A stretch of 48,288 nt of DNA. Source: Capsulimonadales bacterium (GTDB lineage: Bacteria > Armatimonadota > Armatimonadia > Armatimonadales > Armatimonadaceae). Location of the stretch: the NCBI GenBank assembly GCA_033762295.1, contig JANRLW010000103.1, positions 1 through 48,288 on the forward strand. The letters are read 5' to 3'. Below, piece by piece: positions 38,263 through 48,175 of this stretch. Positions within the stretch are counted from its first letter, which is position 1; every line of letters starts with the position of its first letter. Under the pieces are notes generated by a model. It was given only the letters and a program-made list of their open reading frames with translations, did no database searches and had not been told where the DNA came from. The position numbers were made by a program, and so were the translations under genes.

Positions 38263-39009
38263 CTAAACCTCGCCGGACGGACACCGATCATGCGACCGGT
38301 TCAAAACGTCCAGGACGGCCGAAGGGCTGCAACCGTAGATCCCGGCTCCCCAGACCGGATTGGCTTCCACCACCGCCCAGCCACGGTCGGGAATGATGCC
38401 GACATCGATGGCGACCGCCGGCGGCAGTTCGACGCTTCGGTCCTCCAGCAGTTCATGGACGAACCGAAAGAGTTCCCCCTCCTCGGCGGCGGTGGCCGTC
38501 CAGTCGTTGTTGGCCTGGTGTTCGCCCTTTCGGGCATAAAGCGAGAAAGTACGCAACTCCCGGTCGGATACGAAGCAACGGAACTCCTGATCGAACGTCA
38601 CGATCTCCGATACCAGGACCGGCATATCCTCGGGGAAATCCGTCGGAATCGTCTCCGATGAATAAACCGCCGCCGGGAAACTTTTGTCGTTCGGCGGCTT
38701 GACGAACGCCGGCAACGGACCGCGACGCGCCTTTCCCAGGGTGGTCAGTTCGATGCTGCGTTTTCGATACCGTTCCGGCAGACGCGGCAGCCAGTCGAGC
38801 GCGGGTTCAATCAGGGTCACCCCCAGTTGGTCCGCCACGAACGGGGCCGTCAGGGCTTCCACATAGAGGATCGGGTCGGTGATCGGTCGATCCGACTCCG
38901 GAAGGTTCCACTGACGCAGACGCATCACCTGCCACCCGCGCTTGATCGCCGCCTGCCAGAGCAGGCGCGAATCATCCGAATAACGAGAGGAGAGGATCAG
39001 AGTTTTCAC
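38263..39009 (-). CDS. ATP-grasp domain protein (DUF4343/R2K-like)
   Basis: GTG start overlaps the upstream TGA. FVKPPNDKSFPAAVY, LVSEIV.F..EFRCFV, IDVG......WAVVEANPVWGAGIYGC. Confidence 0.8.
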   Translation of the reverse strand: MKTLILSSRYSDDSRLLWQAAIKRGWQVMRLRQWNLPESDRPITDPILYVEALTAPFVADQLGVTLIEPALDWLPRLPERYRKRSIELTTLGKARRGPLPAFVKPPNDKSFPAAVYSSETIPTDFPEDMPVLVSEIVTFDQEFRCFVSDRELRTFSLYARKGEHQANNDWTATAAEEGELFRFVHELLEDRSVELPPAVAIDVGIIPDRGWAVVEANPVWGAGIYGCSPSAVLDVLNRSHDRCPSGEV

Positions 39010-41333
39010 GTTGCGGCCCTCACCGAAATAACGATCGATTTGGACGCCGGCTGGTTGCTGCCGTCGGCGACACTGTCCATCGGCACCAGCACGTTGGTCT
39101 CGGGAAAATAGGCGGCGGCGCACTGACGCGGAATCTCGTAGGCGACGACCGTGAAACCGAGCGCCTGCCGCTCCTCCCCCCGGAAATGGCTTGTGATATC
39201 GACCCGGTCGCCGGACGTCAGTCCCCGATCCGCCAGATCGTCCGCGTTCATGAAAAGCACCCGCCTTCCCCCGTAGATTCCCCGATACCGGTCGTCCGGT
39301 CCGTAAATGGTTGTGTTGAACTGGTCATGGCTCCGAATCGTCATCAGGAGCAGTTGGTCCGGAGCGAGCGAGTGGTGCGGAATCGAATGAACCGTAAACC
39401 GCGCCTTCCCGATATCGGTCGGAAACTCGCCGTCGCGCGGGCCGTTCGGCAGATAGAACCCGCCCGGCTCTCGAACCCGACGGTTGTAATCGTCGAACCC
39501 CGGAACAACCCGGCTGACGTGATCGCGGATGCGGTCGTAGTCCGCGACCAGTTCCTCCCAACGAATCCGGCTACGCTCTCCCAGCGTCGCCCTGGCCAAT
39601 CCCGCAACGATCGCCGGTTCACTCAACAGATGCGGGGAGGCCGGTTCCAGATTGCCACGCGATGAGTGAACGACCCCCATCGAATCCTCGACGGTGACAA
39701 ACTGTTCGCCGGTCGCCTGAAGGTCACGCTCGGTTCGTCCGAGACAGGGAAGGATCAATGCCTGCTCCCCGGTAATCAAATGCCCTCGATGCAGTTTCGT
39801 CGAAACGTGCACGGTCAGGCGCGCGCGACGCATCGCTTCCGCCGTGAACTCGGTGTCCGGCATCGCCGAGAGGAAGTTTCCGCCCAGCGCGAAAAAGACC
39901 CGTACCTTCCCCGCATGCATCGCCCGAATGCTGTCGACGGCATCCAGCCCGTGCTCCCGCGGCGGATCGAATCCGAACTCTCGGCCGAGCGCCTGCCGGA
40001 ACCACTCCGGGACTCGCTCCCAGATACCCATCGTGCGATCGCCCTGGACATTGCTATGTCCGCGCACCGGACACAGGCCCGCTCCGCGTTTCCCGATCTG
40101 TCCCCGCAACAGGTGCAGGTTGACGACCGACTGAACATTCGCCACGCCGTTCTTGTGCTGGGTCAGTCCCATCGCCCAACACGAGATCAGGCGGTCCGCT
40201 CCGGCAACGATATCCGCCGCCTCCTCGATCAACTCCCGCCGGAGTCCGCTCGCCGATACGATCTCCTCCCATTCGGTCCGTGCGAGGTCTTCGGCAAACG
40301 CGTCAAAACCTTCGGTATGTTCCGCGATGAAGGTCCGGTCCGGGCCGCCGAGGCGCGGTTCCCGCTCCAGAAGAGATTTCATCATGCCCTTCAGAAGGGC
40401 GACATCTCCGTTGATCCGCACCGGGAGAAAGAGAGAGGCGATCGGCGTTCCCTTCCCGATCAGGCCGGACAACTCCTGGGGATGCCGGAAACGGATCAGA
40501 CCGGTCTCGGCCAGAGGATTCACCGAAACGATGCGACACCCGCGCCGCGCCGCCGCCTGCAAAGCGGTCAGCATTCGTGGATGATTGGTGCCGGGGTTCT
40601 GACCGAAAACGAAGATGGCGTCGGCATGGTGGAAATCCTCCAGCTTGACCGTTCCCTTCCCGATCCCGATGCTCCGGTTCAGGCCAAGACCGCTGGATTC
40701 GTGGCACATATTGGAGCAATCCGGCAGGTTGTTCGTCCCGAACTGGCGCACGAACAACTGGTAGAGGAACGCCGCTTCATTGGACGTCCGGCCCGACGTA
40801 TAAAAGGTGGCTTCGTTCGGCGAAGCGAGCGCATTCAACTCGGACGCGATTAGGATGAAAGCGTCCTCCCAGGAGATCGGCTCATAGCGATCCTTTCCGC
40901 GCCGAAGGACCATCGGACAGGTAAGCCGTCCCTGCTTTCCGAGCCACATATCCGAATGACCGGCCAGTTCGTCGATCGTGTACCGCGCAAAAAACTCCGG
41001 CGTCACCCGGGCCCGCGTCGCCTCCTCGGCGACCGCCTTCGCGCCGTTCTCACAGAACTCCGCCGGCGACCGGTGGTCGTCCGGATCGGGCCAGGCGCAG
41101 GACGGACAATCGGTGCCGCCTTTCTGGTTCAGCGTGAGAAGTGTTCGAACGGTCCGGGCCGGTCCCATCTCCGTCAGACCGAACCGCATCGTCTGCACCA
41201 CCGCCGGCAATCCGCTGGCGGATGTCTCCCGATGACCGATCTCCAGGGGTTCCGGCAGCGCGGGCGGCTGCGCCTGACGGGTGCGGGGTTCGTTCGTCGC
41301 CGGCCCGTCGTCCGACGCTTTATTCTGCTCCAT
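39006..41333 (-). CDS. FdhF/YdeP family molybdopterin oxidoreductase
   Basis: DCPSCAWPD, EFCENGAKAVA, FYTSGRTSNEAAFLYQLF, GTNNLPDCSNMCHE, RGHSNVQGDRTMGI, RSHDQFNTTIYG. Confidence 0.93.
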   Translation of the reverse strand: MEQNKASDDGPATNEPRTRQAQPPALPEPLEIGHRETSASGLPAVVQTMRFGLTEMGPARTVRTLLTLNQKGGTDCPSCAWPDPDDHRSPAEFCENGAKAVAEEATRARVTPEFFARYTIDELAGHSDMWLGKQGRLTCPMVLRRGKDRYEPISWEDAFILIASELNALASPNEATFYTSGRTSNEAAFLYQLFVRQFGTNNLPDCSNMCHESSGLGLNRSIGIGKGTVKLEDFHHADAIFVFGQNPGTNHPRMLTALQAAARRGCRIVSVNPLAETGLIRFRHPQELSGLIGKGTPIASLFLPVRINGDVALLKGMMKSLLEREPRLGGPDRTFIAEHTEGFDAFAEDLARTEWEEIVSASGLRRELIEEAADIVAGADRLISCWAMGLTQHKNGVANVQSVVNLHLLRGQIGKRGAGLCPVRGHSNVQGDRTMGIWERVPEWFRQALGREFGFDPPREHGLDAVDSIRAMHAGKVRVFFALGGNFLSAMPDTEFTAEAMRRARLTVHVSTKLHRGHLITGEQALILPCLGRTERDLQATGEQFVTVEDSMGVVHSSRGNLEPASPHLLSEPAIVAGLARATLGERSRIRWEELVADYDRIRDHVSRVVPGFDDYNRRVREPGGFYLPNGPRDGEFPTDIGKARFTVHSIPHHSLAPDQLLLMTIRSHDQFNTTIYGPDDRYRGIYGGRRVLFMNADDLADRGLTSGDRVDITSHFRGEERQALGFTVVAYEIPRQCAAAYFPETNVLVPMDSVADGSNQPASKSIVISVRAAT

Positions 41334-41343
41334 CGCTTCCCTC

Positions 41344-42180
41344 CTACCCTGCAATACGCTGCCCGCCGCTGTAAATGTTAAAACGATTTCCGCGAACGAA
41401 CCCGAGAAGCGTGAGATCGGACTCCTGCGCCAGATCGACCGCCAGACTCGACGGTGCGCCAACGGCGGCGAGAATCGGAATGCCCGCCATTACCGCTTTA
41501 CGTACCAGTTCGAAAGAGGTCCGTCCGCTGACCATCAACATCGTTCCGGTTAACGGCAAGTTTCGTACCGAAAGCGCACAGCCGGTTAACTTATCCACCG
41601 CATTATGCCGTCCCACATCCTCTCGGAGCGTCAGCAGTTCGCCTTCGGGAGAAAACAGCCCCGCGGCATGGAGACCGCCCGTTCGGTCGAATGTCTCCTG
41701 CGCCTTTCTCAGCCGGTCCGGTGCCGACAGGACGACGTCAGGAGTTACCGTGACGCCATCCGTGGACAGGTCGAACGGGCTGTGCGTTTGAACGGCGGCC
41801 ACGGAGGAGGAACCACAGACGCCGCAGGCCGAGTTGACCACGAAGGACCGTTCGGACGGTGCTCCCTTCGGAAGCGCGTCGGGCGTCAAATCCACCTGGA
41901 CCACCCCGGCGAACCCGGTCTCCGTTACCGCACGCTCCTGAACGGACAAAACCGCATCAGCCGAGGGAAGAATGCCTTCCGACCAGAGGAATCCCAGAGC
42001 CAGGTCCGTATCGTCCCCCGGCGTTCTCATCGTATAGGCGATGGTTTTCACCTGACGATGGCGGATCGGTCCGAAACCAAGTCGGATCTCCAGAGGTTCC
42101 TCGACCGCCACGACGTCGTCCCGATCGCCCCTCTCCGTCCCGTTGACGAATTGCACCCGCCGTTCCGCCACGGTTTTCAT
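41344..42180 (-). CDS. fdhD: Formate dehydrogenase accessory sulfurtransferase
   Basis: VEEPLEI, TMRTPG, SACGVCG, FDRTGGLHAA, REDVGRHNAVDK, APSSLAV. Confidence 0.95.
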   Translation of the reverse strand: MKTVAERRVQFVNGTERGDRDDVVAVEEPLEIRLGFGPIRHRQVKTIAYTMRTPGDDTDLALGFLWSEGILPSADAVLSVQERAVTETGFAGVVQVDLTPDALPKGAPSERSFVVNSACGVCGSSSVAAVQTHSPFDLSTDGVTVTPDVVLSAPDRLRKAQETFDRTGGLHAAGLFSPEGELLTLREDVGRHNAVDKLTGCALSVRNLPLTGTMLMVSGRTSFELVRKAVMAGIPILAAVGAPSSLAVDLAQESDLTLLGFVRGNRFNIYSGGQRIAG

Positions 42181-42223
42181 CGTCGGCCACCCTCCGTTCA
42201 CGTTCTGTCAGGTAAAATGGCGT

Positions 42224-43378
42224 GTGGACTTCCTTCATCCTGCCGCTGTCATTATCGGCTGCCTCCTGATTCTCACGATACTCGTGGAGGGATTTGAGGC
42301 GCTTGTGTTACCGCGTCGGATCGAACGGCGCTTTCGCTGGACCAACCACTTCTATCGGGCGTGCTGGAATATCTGGGGGAAAGCGTCGCTCCTGATTCCC
42401 AAAGGACAACAGGATAACTTTCTTGCCGTCTTCGGACCCCTATCCCTGCTTCTGCTATTATCCCTCTGGGCGTTCGGACTGATCCTCGCCTTCGCCCTGA
42501 TCCAGTGGGGCCTCTATGCCCGTATCCTTTCGCCCGAACCCACGCCGACCTTCGAGACTTACCTTTACCTGTCCGCAACTACGTTCATTACGCTCGGATT
42601 CGGGGATGTCGCGCCACGCTCCTCCACCGCGCGTCTGTTAGCCGATCTGGAAGCGGGCCTCGGGTTCGGGTTCCTGGCGATCGTCATCAGTTACCTGCCG
42701 GTTCTTTACGGGGCGTTTTCAAGGCGCGAGGTGGAGATCGCCATGCTGGATGCCCGCGCTTCCTCGCCACCCTCGGCGGGCGCACTGCTACAGCGGACCG
42801 CCGGTTGCCCCGGTCTCGGCGATCTGCCGGAGCGCCTGCAGGCTTTCGAACGCTGGTCCGCCGAACTCCTCGAAAGCCATCTCAGCTACCCGATCCTGAT
42901 GTACTATCGCTCGCAGCACGATCGGCAATCCTGGCTTTCGACCCTGACGACCATTCTGGATACCTGCGCGTTCCTGATCGCTTTCGTTCCCGATCGAAAA
43001 ATGGCGTGGCAGGCGCGCATGACGTTCGCCATGTCCCGGCACGCGGCCATCGACCTTTCCCTGGTCTTCGATACGCCGCCGACCGCTCCGGCGACGGACC
43101 GACTCTCCCCCGAAGGTTTTGACCACCTGATCGACCTGTTGAGGGACTCGGAACTCCCACTCCATGTTACGCCGGAAACTCGGACCCGGTTCGAGGAACT
43201 TCGATCGCTCTATGAACCCTTCGTTGTGACGCTTTCCGATGTGCTCTGTCTCGCCTTACCGTCCTGGCTGCCCAACCCGGCGCTGCCCGACAACTGGCAG
43301 ACATCGGCATGGGACCGGAGCGACCATTTCTTCCGCACGGCAGACCAGCCGACCCCGGTCCGCCGCCGGATCAAATAG
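42224..43378 (+). CDS. Potassium channel family membrane protein
   Basis: Transmembrane helices and pore motif YLSATTFITLGFGD; C-terminal ESHLSYPILMYYRS. Probable GTG start at 42224. Confidence 0.8.
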   Translation: MDFLHPAAVIIGCLLILTILVEGFEALVLPRRIERRFRWTNHFYRACWNIWGKASLLIPKGQQDNFLAVFGPLSLLLLLSLWAFGLILAFALIQWGLYARILSPEPTPTFETYLYLSATTFITLGFGDVAPRSSTARLLADLEAGLGFGFLAIVISYLPVLYGAFSRREVEIAMLDARASSPPSAGALLQRTAGCPGLGDLPERLQAFERWSAELLESHLSYPILMYYRSQHDRQSWLSTLTTILDTCAFLIAFVPDRKMAWQARMTFAMSRHAAIDLSLVFDTPPTAPATDRLSPEGFDHLIDLLRDSELPLHVTPETRTRFEELRSLYEPFVVTLSDVLCLALPSWLPNPALPDNWQTSAWDRSDHFFRTADQPTPVRRRIK

Positions 43379-43385
43379 ACCGTCC

Positions 43386-46295
43386 TTACTTCCGCGCCGC
43401 CAGGTACCCCCACACATAGATATTGGGAGCCCAGATATCGACCGTGAACTCGTTGGTCGACGGAGCCAGGAAAATATCGAAGTACGCTTCCGTCACCGGC
43501 CAGTCGTTTGCGGGCGGGGTCAGTTGCGGATTGAGGAAGTACTGGTTTACCCATTCCGAGAAATCGGGGATGCTTTTGCGATCCCAGTTCCCGTACACGG
43601 TCAGGCCGGTCGGCGCGGGAACCCCCATCCGTCGTGTGTCGAGAAACAGCGGGTTCTTCGGGGGATTGTTTCCCAGTCCCGTCGTATACGTTCGGTTGCC
43701 CGGATTGCAACCGGCCTGAAACTGCGTCGCCTGAACGGCCCCGGCCAGATACTCGGAACGCTTTGTCAGATAGTGCGCCCGGCAGAGTTCGATCGCATCC
43801 GGCGTCGAAAAGAAACCGAGAATCAGCGGCTTCCCTTTGTCGGGGGTGGTCAGATTGAACGCGTTGCCGCGAGCATACTCAAGTGCCGCATCCGCCTGTC
43901 GGCGAAGCCCGTCCACCGCCGTATCGCGCAGGATCGGATCGGTCAGGCGGGACGGCAGCAGCGTATAGGCGAACGCGGCATCCCGCTGGACCGCCGTTCC
44001 CCAGATAAATAGACTGGTGTTCGGGTCTTTCAGCACCGTTTCCTCCTGAAAGACCTCATGCCACCGGGGGTCCTCGGTCAGTTCGTACAGAATGACCGCC
44101 GCCAAATTGCGGTCGTCCTTCACCGTCCAGGGAAGTTGCTTCAGCGTCCCCGCTTCCTTTCGCTTCGCACGATCCGCTTCCGCCCACAACATCGCTTTCA
44201 ACGCGCTTTCCCGATAGGTCTTCGCCAGTTCGGGCGAGTATTTCTTCAGCAGTTGGGCGGCGCGTCCGGCGACAGCGGCGTAGTAGTAACTGGACGCCGG
44301 GTCCGGGGCATAAACGTACGCGGGCATCGATTGCAGGAAGGAAACCTCGCCCTCGACCGGATCGCCGTCCGTCTCGATGCCGAATGGCACCCCGCCGTCC
44401 GGTTTTTGCAGGCGTCGGAAGCAGTCGATCTCAAACAAGGCCTCGGTCAGGACGTCCGGAACACCGGTCTGATGGGGGATTGGCAGCGTCATTTTGCCGA
44501 AGAACTCCGGAAACAGCTTCAGCATCTCCAGCTGCGCCATCGTCACCCGCATATGCGTCACGCGCCGGGGATTCCAGTCGCCGGCATCGTGGTAACCGCC
44601 CCACGCGTCCGGAACCCGCTGACCGGTACTGCGTTTCGCCAGTTCCGGACTCTCCGACGAACCATCCAGGATCGAATAGGTCGATTGGAACACGGGAACG
44701 CCCAGGGCCGGTTGAAAATCCGGCGGGCGGCGGTAATCGGCGAACGGGGGGGCCAGTTCGACTCCGCTTCGCTCATTGGCCAGACCGCGCATCTGCACCC
44801 GAAACGCCTTCTCCCAGACATCGGCGGCAATCGAAAACGGGTAGGAGCAGCCCATACCATCGACGACGATCCGATACCGTCCGGGGGTTCGTACCCCCGA
44901 AAAGTCCATCCGATAGACATTCGTTTTGGAGAAGTTGTCGGCTCTTTGCAGCTGTTCGTTCTCCTGCATACCGAGAACCTTTTCCACTTTTCCCGTGAAA
45001 ATCGCCTTACCGGACATATCTTCCACGACCCGGAAGTTAAGCGTATCGGGGTAGGTGTACGGGCCGCCCGTCCCCATCCACAGGGAGAGAAAAGCCCGCT
45101 TCACGGGGTCATCCGGACGATACCCGATCTGATGGACATGGATGGCTTCCGAACGAACGCGGTCGACATCGGCGCTCAGCACCGCCAGGGGCTTTTTCAC
45201 GTTAATCCCCTTCAGGCCGATCAGGTGGGCGCGTCCGGTCCCGAGCGGTCGCCCCATTTTCAGATAGATCGTATGCTCCATCGCAAAGACCTTCGATGGC
45301 TGAGCCCAGTCGGTCGCGCGTGTCTTCCGAAATACGGCGATCGGTTGGGCGCCGTCCACGCTGTAGTTCGCCGGCTGGTCCGCCGCGAACGTCAGAAGCG
45401 GGTCGCCGATAAACTTCTCAAAGGTGACCAGATGGTCCCGCTTACCGTCAGGGACAAACGCGCCGCCGATCAGCCATCCGACCTCCTGCCCGCCCCGTTT
45501 CAAAATGACCTGACGGTCCCGCTCGACACGTTCGTCACCGGCCTGCGGCGCATAGGGCGCCAGAGTCGACGGAACCACCCGTCCGGACTGAATCGTCAGA
45601 CTGATGACATCCGGAGCGACGCGGGAAACCTGCCGGATGACCGGAGCATCCGGCGCCCCCACACGATACCGGGCCGACAGCGCCTCCTGCTCCTTTCGCA
45701 CTCGCTCCCGCTCGTCCGCGTCCTTCCGCTCCTTCTCCGCCCGGGCCGCCAGGATCTCGGCGTTTGCCGGAATGATCCCGATCGATTCCACCTCGATGTC
45801 ACAGGGCTTGTCAGACCAATCCCCCAGAATCTGCCACTGCCGTACCCGAGAAAGGTCGAAGGGGACCCCCTGCTTCTCCAGCGACATCGGCGTTCGTAGC
45901 GCCGTTCCGCCGCGCGCATACACGGTCACGAACTCCTCGCCCGCAGGGGGCACAACGAATTCGTACGTCGCGGCCTGTTCACCCGCATCCCGTAGCAGAA
46001 CCCGCAAAAGGCCGACTTTGTTTTGCGGTCCCACCCGCAGCTTCAGGTACGGACTGTCCTCCGCCGACGCGGAAAGGTCGAGCGACACATTCGCGCCGCC
46101 GCCTCCCTGCCCCGTTACCCCGTCGCCCCGCAATCGTGCCTTTCCCGCGACGACCGAGGCGCGGTTCTCCCACGAACCGTAGGTGAACTGAAACGGCGTA
46201 TCGAACTCGGACAGTACCAGCGGAGGCGCTCCGCAGACCCCCCCAGCAAACCAGACAACGCAAACGCCAGCCGAGAACGCACGAGCGAGAGACAT
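43386..46295 (-). CDS. Secreted glycoside hydrolase family 9 with N-terminal accessory domains
   Basis: Signal peptide; Ig-like HVHQIGYRP...DFS...PGRYRI; catalytic GGYHDAGDW; C-terminal YTTGLG and NEFT. Confidence 0.85.
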   Translation of the reverse strand: MSLARAFSAGVCVVWFAGGVCGAPPLVLSEFDTPFQFTYGSWENRASVVAGKARLRGDGVTGQGGGGANVSLDLSASAEDSPYLKLRVGPQNKVGLLRVLLRDAGEQAATYEFVVPPAGEEFVTVYARGGTALRTPMSLEKQGVPFDLSRVRQWQILGDWSDKPCDIEVESIGIIPANAEILAARAEKERKDADERERVRKEQEALSARYRVGAPDAPVIRQVSRVAPDVISLTIQSGRVVPSTLAPYAPQAGDERVERDRQVILKRGGQEVGWLIGGAFVPDGKRDHLVTFEKFIGDPLLTFAADQPANYSVDGAQPIAVFRKTRATDWAQPSKVFAMEHTIYLKMGRPLGTGRAHLIGLKGINVKKPLAVLSADVDRVRSEAIHVHQIGYRPDDPVKRAFLSLWMGTGGPYTYPDTLNFRVVEDMSGKAIFTGKVEKVLGMQENEQLQRADNFSKTNVYRMDFSGVRTPGRYRIVVDGMGCSYPFSIAADVWEKAFRVQMRGLANERSGVELAPPFADYRRPPDFQPALGVPVFQSTYSILDGSSESPELAKRSTGQRVPDAWGGYHDAGDWNPRRVTHMRVTMAQLEMLKLFPEFFGKMTLPIPHQTGVPDVLTEALFEIDCFRRLQKPDGGVPFGIETDGDPVEGEVSFLQSMPAYVYAPDPASSYYYAAVAGRAAQLLKKYSPELAKTYRESALKAMLWAEADRAKRKEAGTLKQLPWTVKDDRNLAAVILYELTEDPRWHEVFQEETVLKDPNTSLFIWGTAVQRDAAFAYTLLPSRLTDPILRDTAVDGLRRQADAALEYARGNAFNLTTPDKGKPLILGFFSTPDAIELCRAHYLTKRSEYLAGAVQATQFQAGCNPGNRTYTTGLGNNPPKNPLFLDTRRMGVPAPTGLTVYGNWDRKSIPDFSEWVNQYFLNPQLTPPANDWPVTEAYFDIFLAPSTNEFTVDIWAPNIYVWGYLAARK

Positions 46296-46551
46296 ATCTC
46301 TAATTCTCCTTCAAAACACCGCACACTCCGGAAAATACCGGGGACCGAAAGCCCGCCCGGTTTCCCGACTCTCCCATTATCGGCGGTCTTCCGAACGGCA
46401 ATCAGTCCCGTAGACCGATCCACGTAAAACTTAACTTACCGTAACCGACGGTGAGGGTTTCGTCAAGAACGAAGCCGGGCGGAAGGAGATCCCGTCGCCC
46501 CGTCGAATCCTGAGGAAGCAATCCTCAACGGCGACTTCAACGGAGTAAACC

Positions 46552-48057
46552 ATGCCCCTTTTCCTTGGTTTGGATACCGGCACCAGCGGCACCAAAGCGG
46601 TGCTGACCGACGAAAGCGGCGCGCTTCTAGCGACCCATACCCGACCGTACGAACTGTCCACACCGCAACCGCAATGGGCCGAACAACATCCCGAATCCGA
46701 CTGGTGGGACGCCGCATGTGAAGCCATTGCCGCCGTTCTGAGTCACGCCGGCATCTCCGGCGACCAGGTGGGCGCGGTGGGCCTGACCGGGCAGATGCAT
46801 GGATCGGTCTTCCTCGATGCCAACCATCGTGTACTCCGTCCGGCCCTTCTCTGGTGTGATGCGCGAACCGGGGAAGAATGCGTCGAAATCACCGAAGCGA
46901 TCGGGGGACCGGACGCCCTCTACGCAACCATCGGACAGCCGGTCTTCACCTCGTTTACCGCCCCGAAAATCCTCTGGCTGCGAAAGCATGAGCCGGAAAA
47001 CTTCGAAAAGGTCGCCCATGTCCTCCTGCCCAAGGATTTCATCCGCCTGAAGCTGACCGGCGAGTTCGCGACCGATGTTTCGGACGCCTCCGGCACGTCG
47101 CTGCTCGATGTCCGCGCCCGGCGTTGGTCGGACGCCATGCTTGCCGCTCTCCGACTTCCGGCCGAATGGTTTCCGGCCGTTTTCGAATCGGTGGAGGTGA
47201 CCGGTACCGTCACACGCGAAGCCGCAATGATCACCGGCCTGAAGGAGGGGACGCCCGTCGTCGCCGGCGGAGGCGATCAGGCGGCGGGCGCGGTCGGCTG
47301 CGGCATCGTTGAAAACGGAGCGGTCTCGCTCTCCCTCGGGACGTCCGGCGTGCTTTTCGCCCACCTGGACCAACCCTTTTTTGCCCCGGAGGCCATTCAA
47401 ACCTTCTGCCACGCCGTACCCGGCAAGTGGCACATGATGGGCTGTGTCATCTCCGCCGCCGGTTCCTTCGAATGGTACCGCGATACCTTCGCTCCGGCCG
47501 AACCCTACGAATCCATCACGGCGCGGGCCGCTTCCGCTCCCGCCGGATGCGAGGGCCTGATTTTTCTCCCCTACCTCGCCGGTGAACGCAATCCCTACTT
47601 CGACCCGGAGGCGCGGGCCGTTCTGTTCGGTGCGACCCGACGGACCGATAACGATTTCGTCGCCCGTGCGGTCCTGGAGGGGGTCGCCTACGGGTTCCGG
47701 GACCTGTTCGGACGCCTGAAAGAGACCGGCACCGAAGTCGGCGAGGTGCGCGCGATCGGCGGAGGGATCAAATCCCCCCTGTGGCGACAAATCCTCGCCG
47801 ATGTCACGGGAAAAACGCTCTGCCGGATGAACATCGAGGAAGGTCCGGCCTTCGGTGCGGCGCTTCTGGCCGCCGTCGGTACGGGCACGTTCGCCTCCGT
47901 CCCGGAAGCCTGCGCCGCGACCCTGCGTACCGTCGATTCCACAATACCCGATCGTTCCGTCGGTCCGGTCTACGACGGCTATTATGCCATCTACCGTCAG
48001 CTGTACCCGCTGCTGAAGGACGCGTTCCACGCCGTCGCCGAACGCAGCCGTTCGTAA
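46552..48057 (+). CDS. xylB: Xylulokinase (FGGY family)
   Basis: LGLDTGTSGTKA, GLTGQMHG, RPALLWCD, FTAPKILW, LLPKD, DVSDASGT, GGGDQAA, FLPYLAGER. Confidence 0.93.
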   Translation: MPLFLGLDTGTSGTKAVLTDESGALLATHTRPYELSTPQPQWAEQHPESDWWDAACEAIAAVLSHAGISGDQVGAVGLTGQMHGSVFLDANHRVLRPALLWCDARTGEECVEITEAIGGPDALYATIGQPVFTSFTAPKILWLRKHEPENFEKVAHVLLPKDFIRLKLTGEFATDVSDASGTSLLDVRARRWSDAMLAALRLPAEWFPAVFESVEVTGTVTREAAMITGLKEGTPVVAGGGDQAAGAVGCGIVENGAVSLSLGTSGVLFAHLDQPFFAPEAIQTFCHAVPGKWHMMGCVISAAGSFEWYRDTFAPAEPYESITARAASAPAGCEGLIFLPYLAGERNPYFDPEARAVLFGATRRTDNDFVARAVLEGVAYGFRDLFGRLKETGTEVGEVRAIGGGIKSPLWRQILADVTGKTLCRMNIEEGPAFGAALLAAVGTGTFASVPEACAATLRTVDSTIPDRSVGPVYDGYYAIYRQLYPLLKDAFHAVAERSRS

Positions 48058-48098
48058 CGCGTAGAACCCTCATTCCTCCCGATATAAGCCCAAATGCA

Positions 48099-48130
48099 AG
48101 GGCCGTACGGAACGGTCTCCGTACGGCCCT
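48099..48130. terminator. Hairpin between convergent genes
   Basis: AGGGCCGTACGGA-ACGGTC-TCCGTACGGCCCT. Confidence 0.65.
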
Positions 48131-48175
48131 CCGGTTCCTTATCGGTCCGTTGCGGCGTTGAGCGTACGCGTCCGG

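Noticed and set aside
46296..46551. Structured-looking intergenic region between GH9 and xylB, considered as an ncRNA
   Set aside because: Only short GC-rich hairpins with no recognisable RNA family motif. An Rfam search would be needed.
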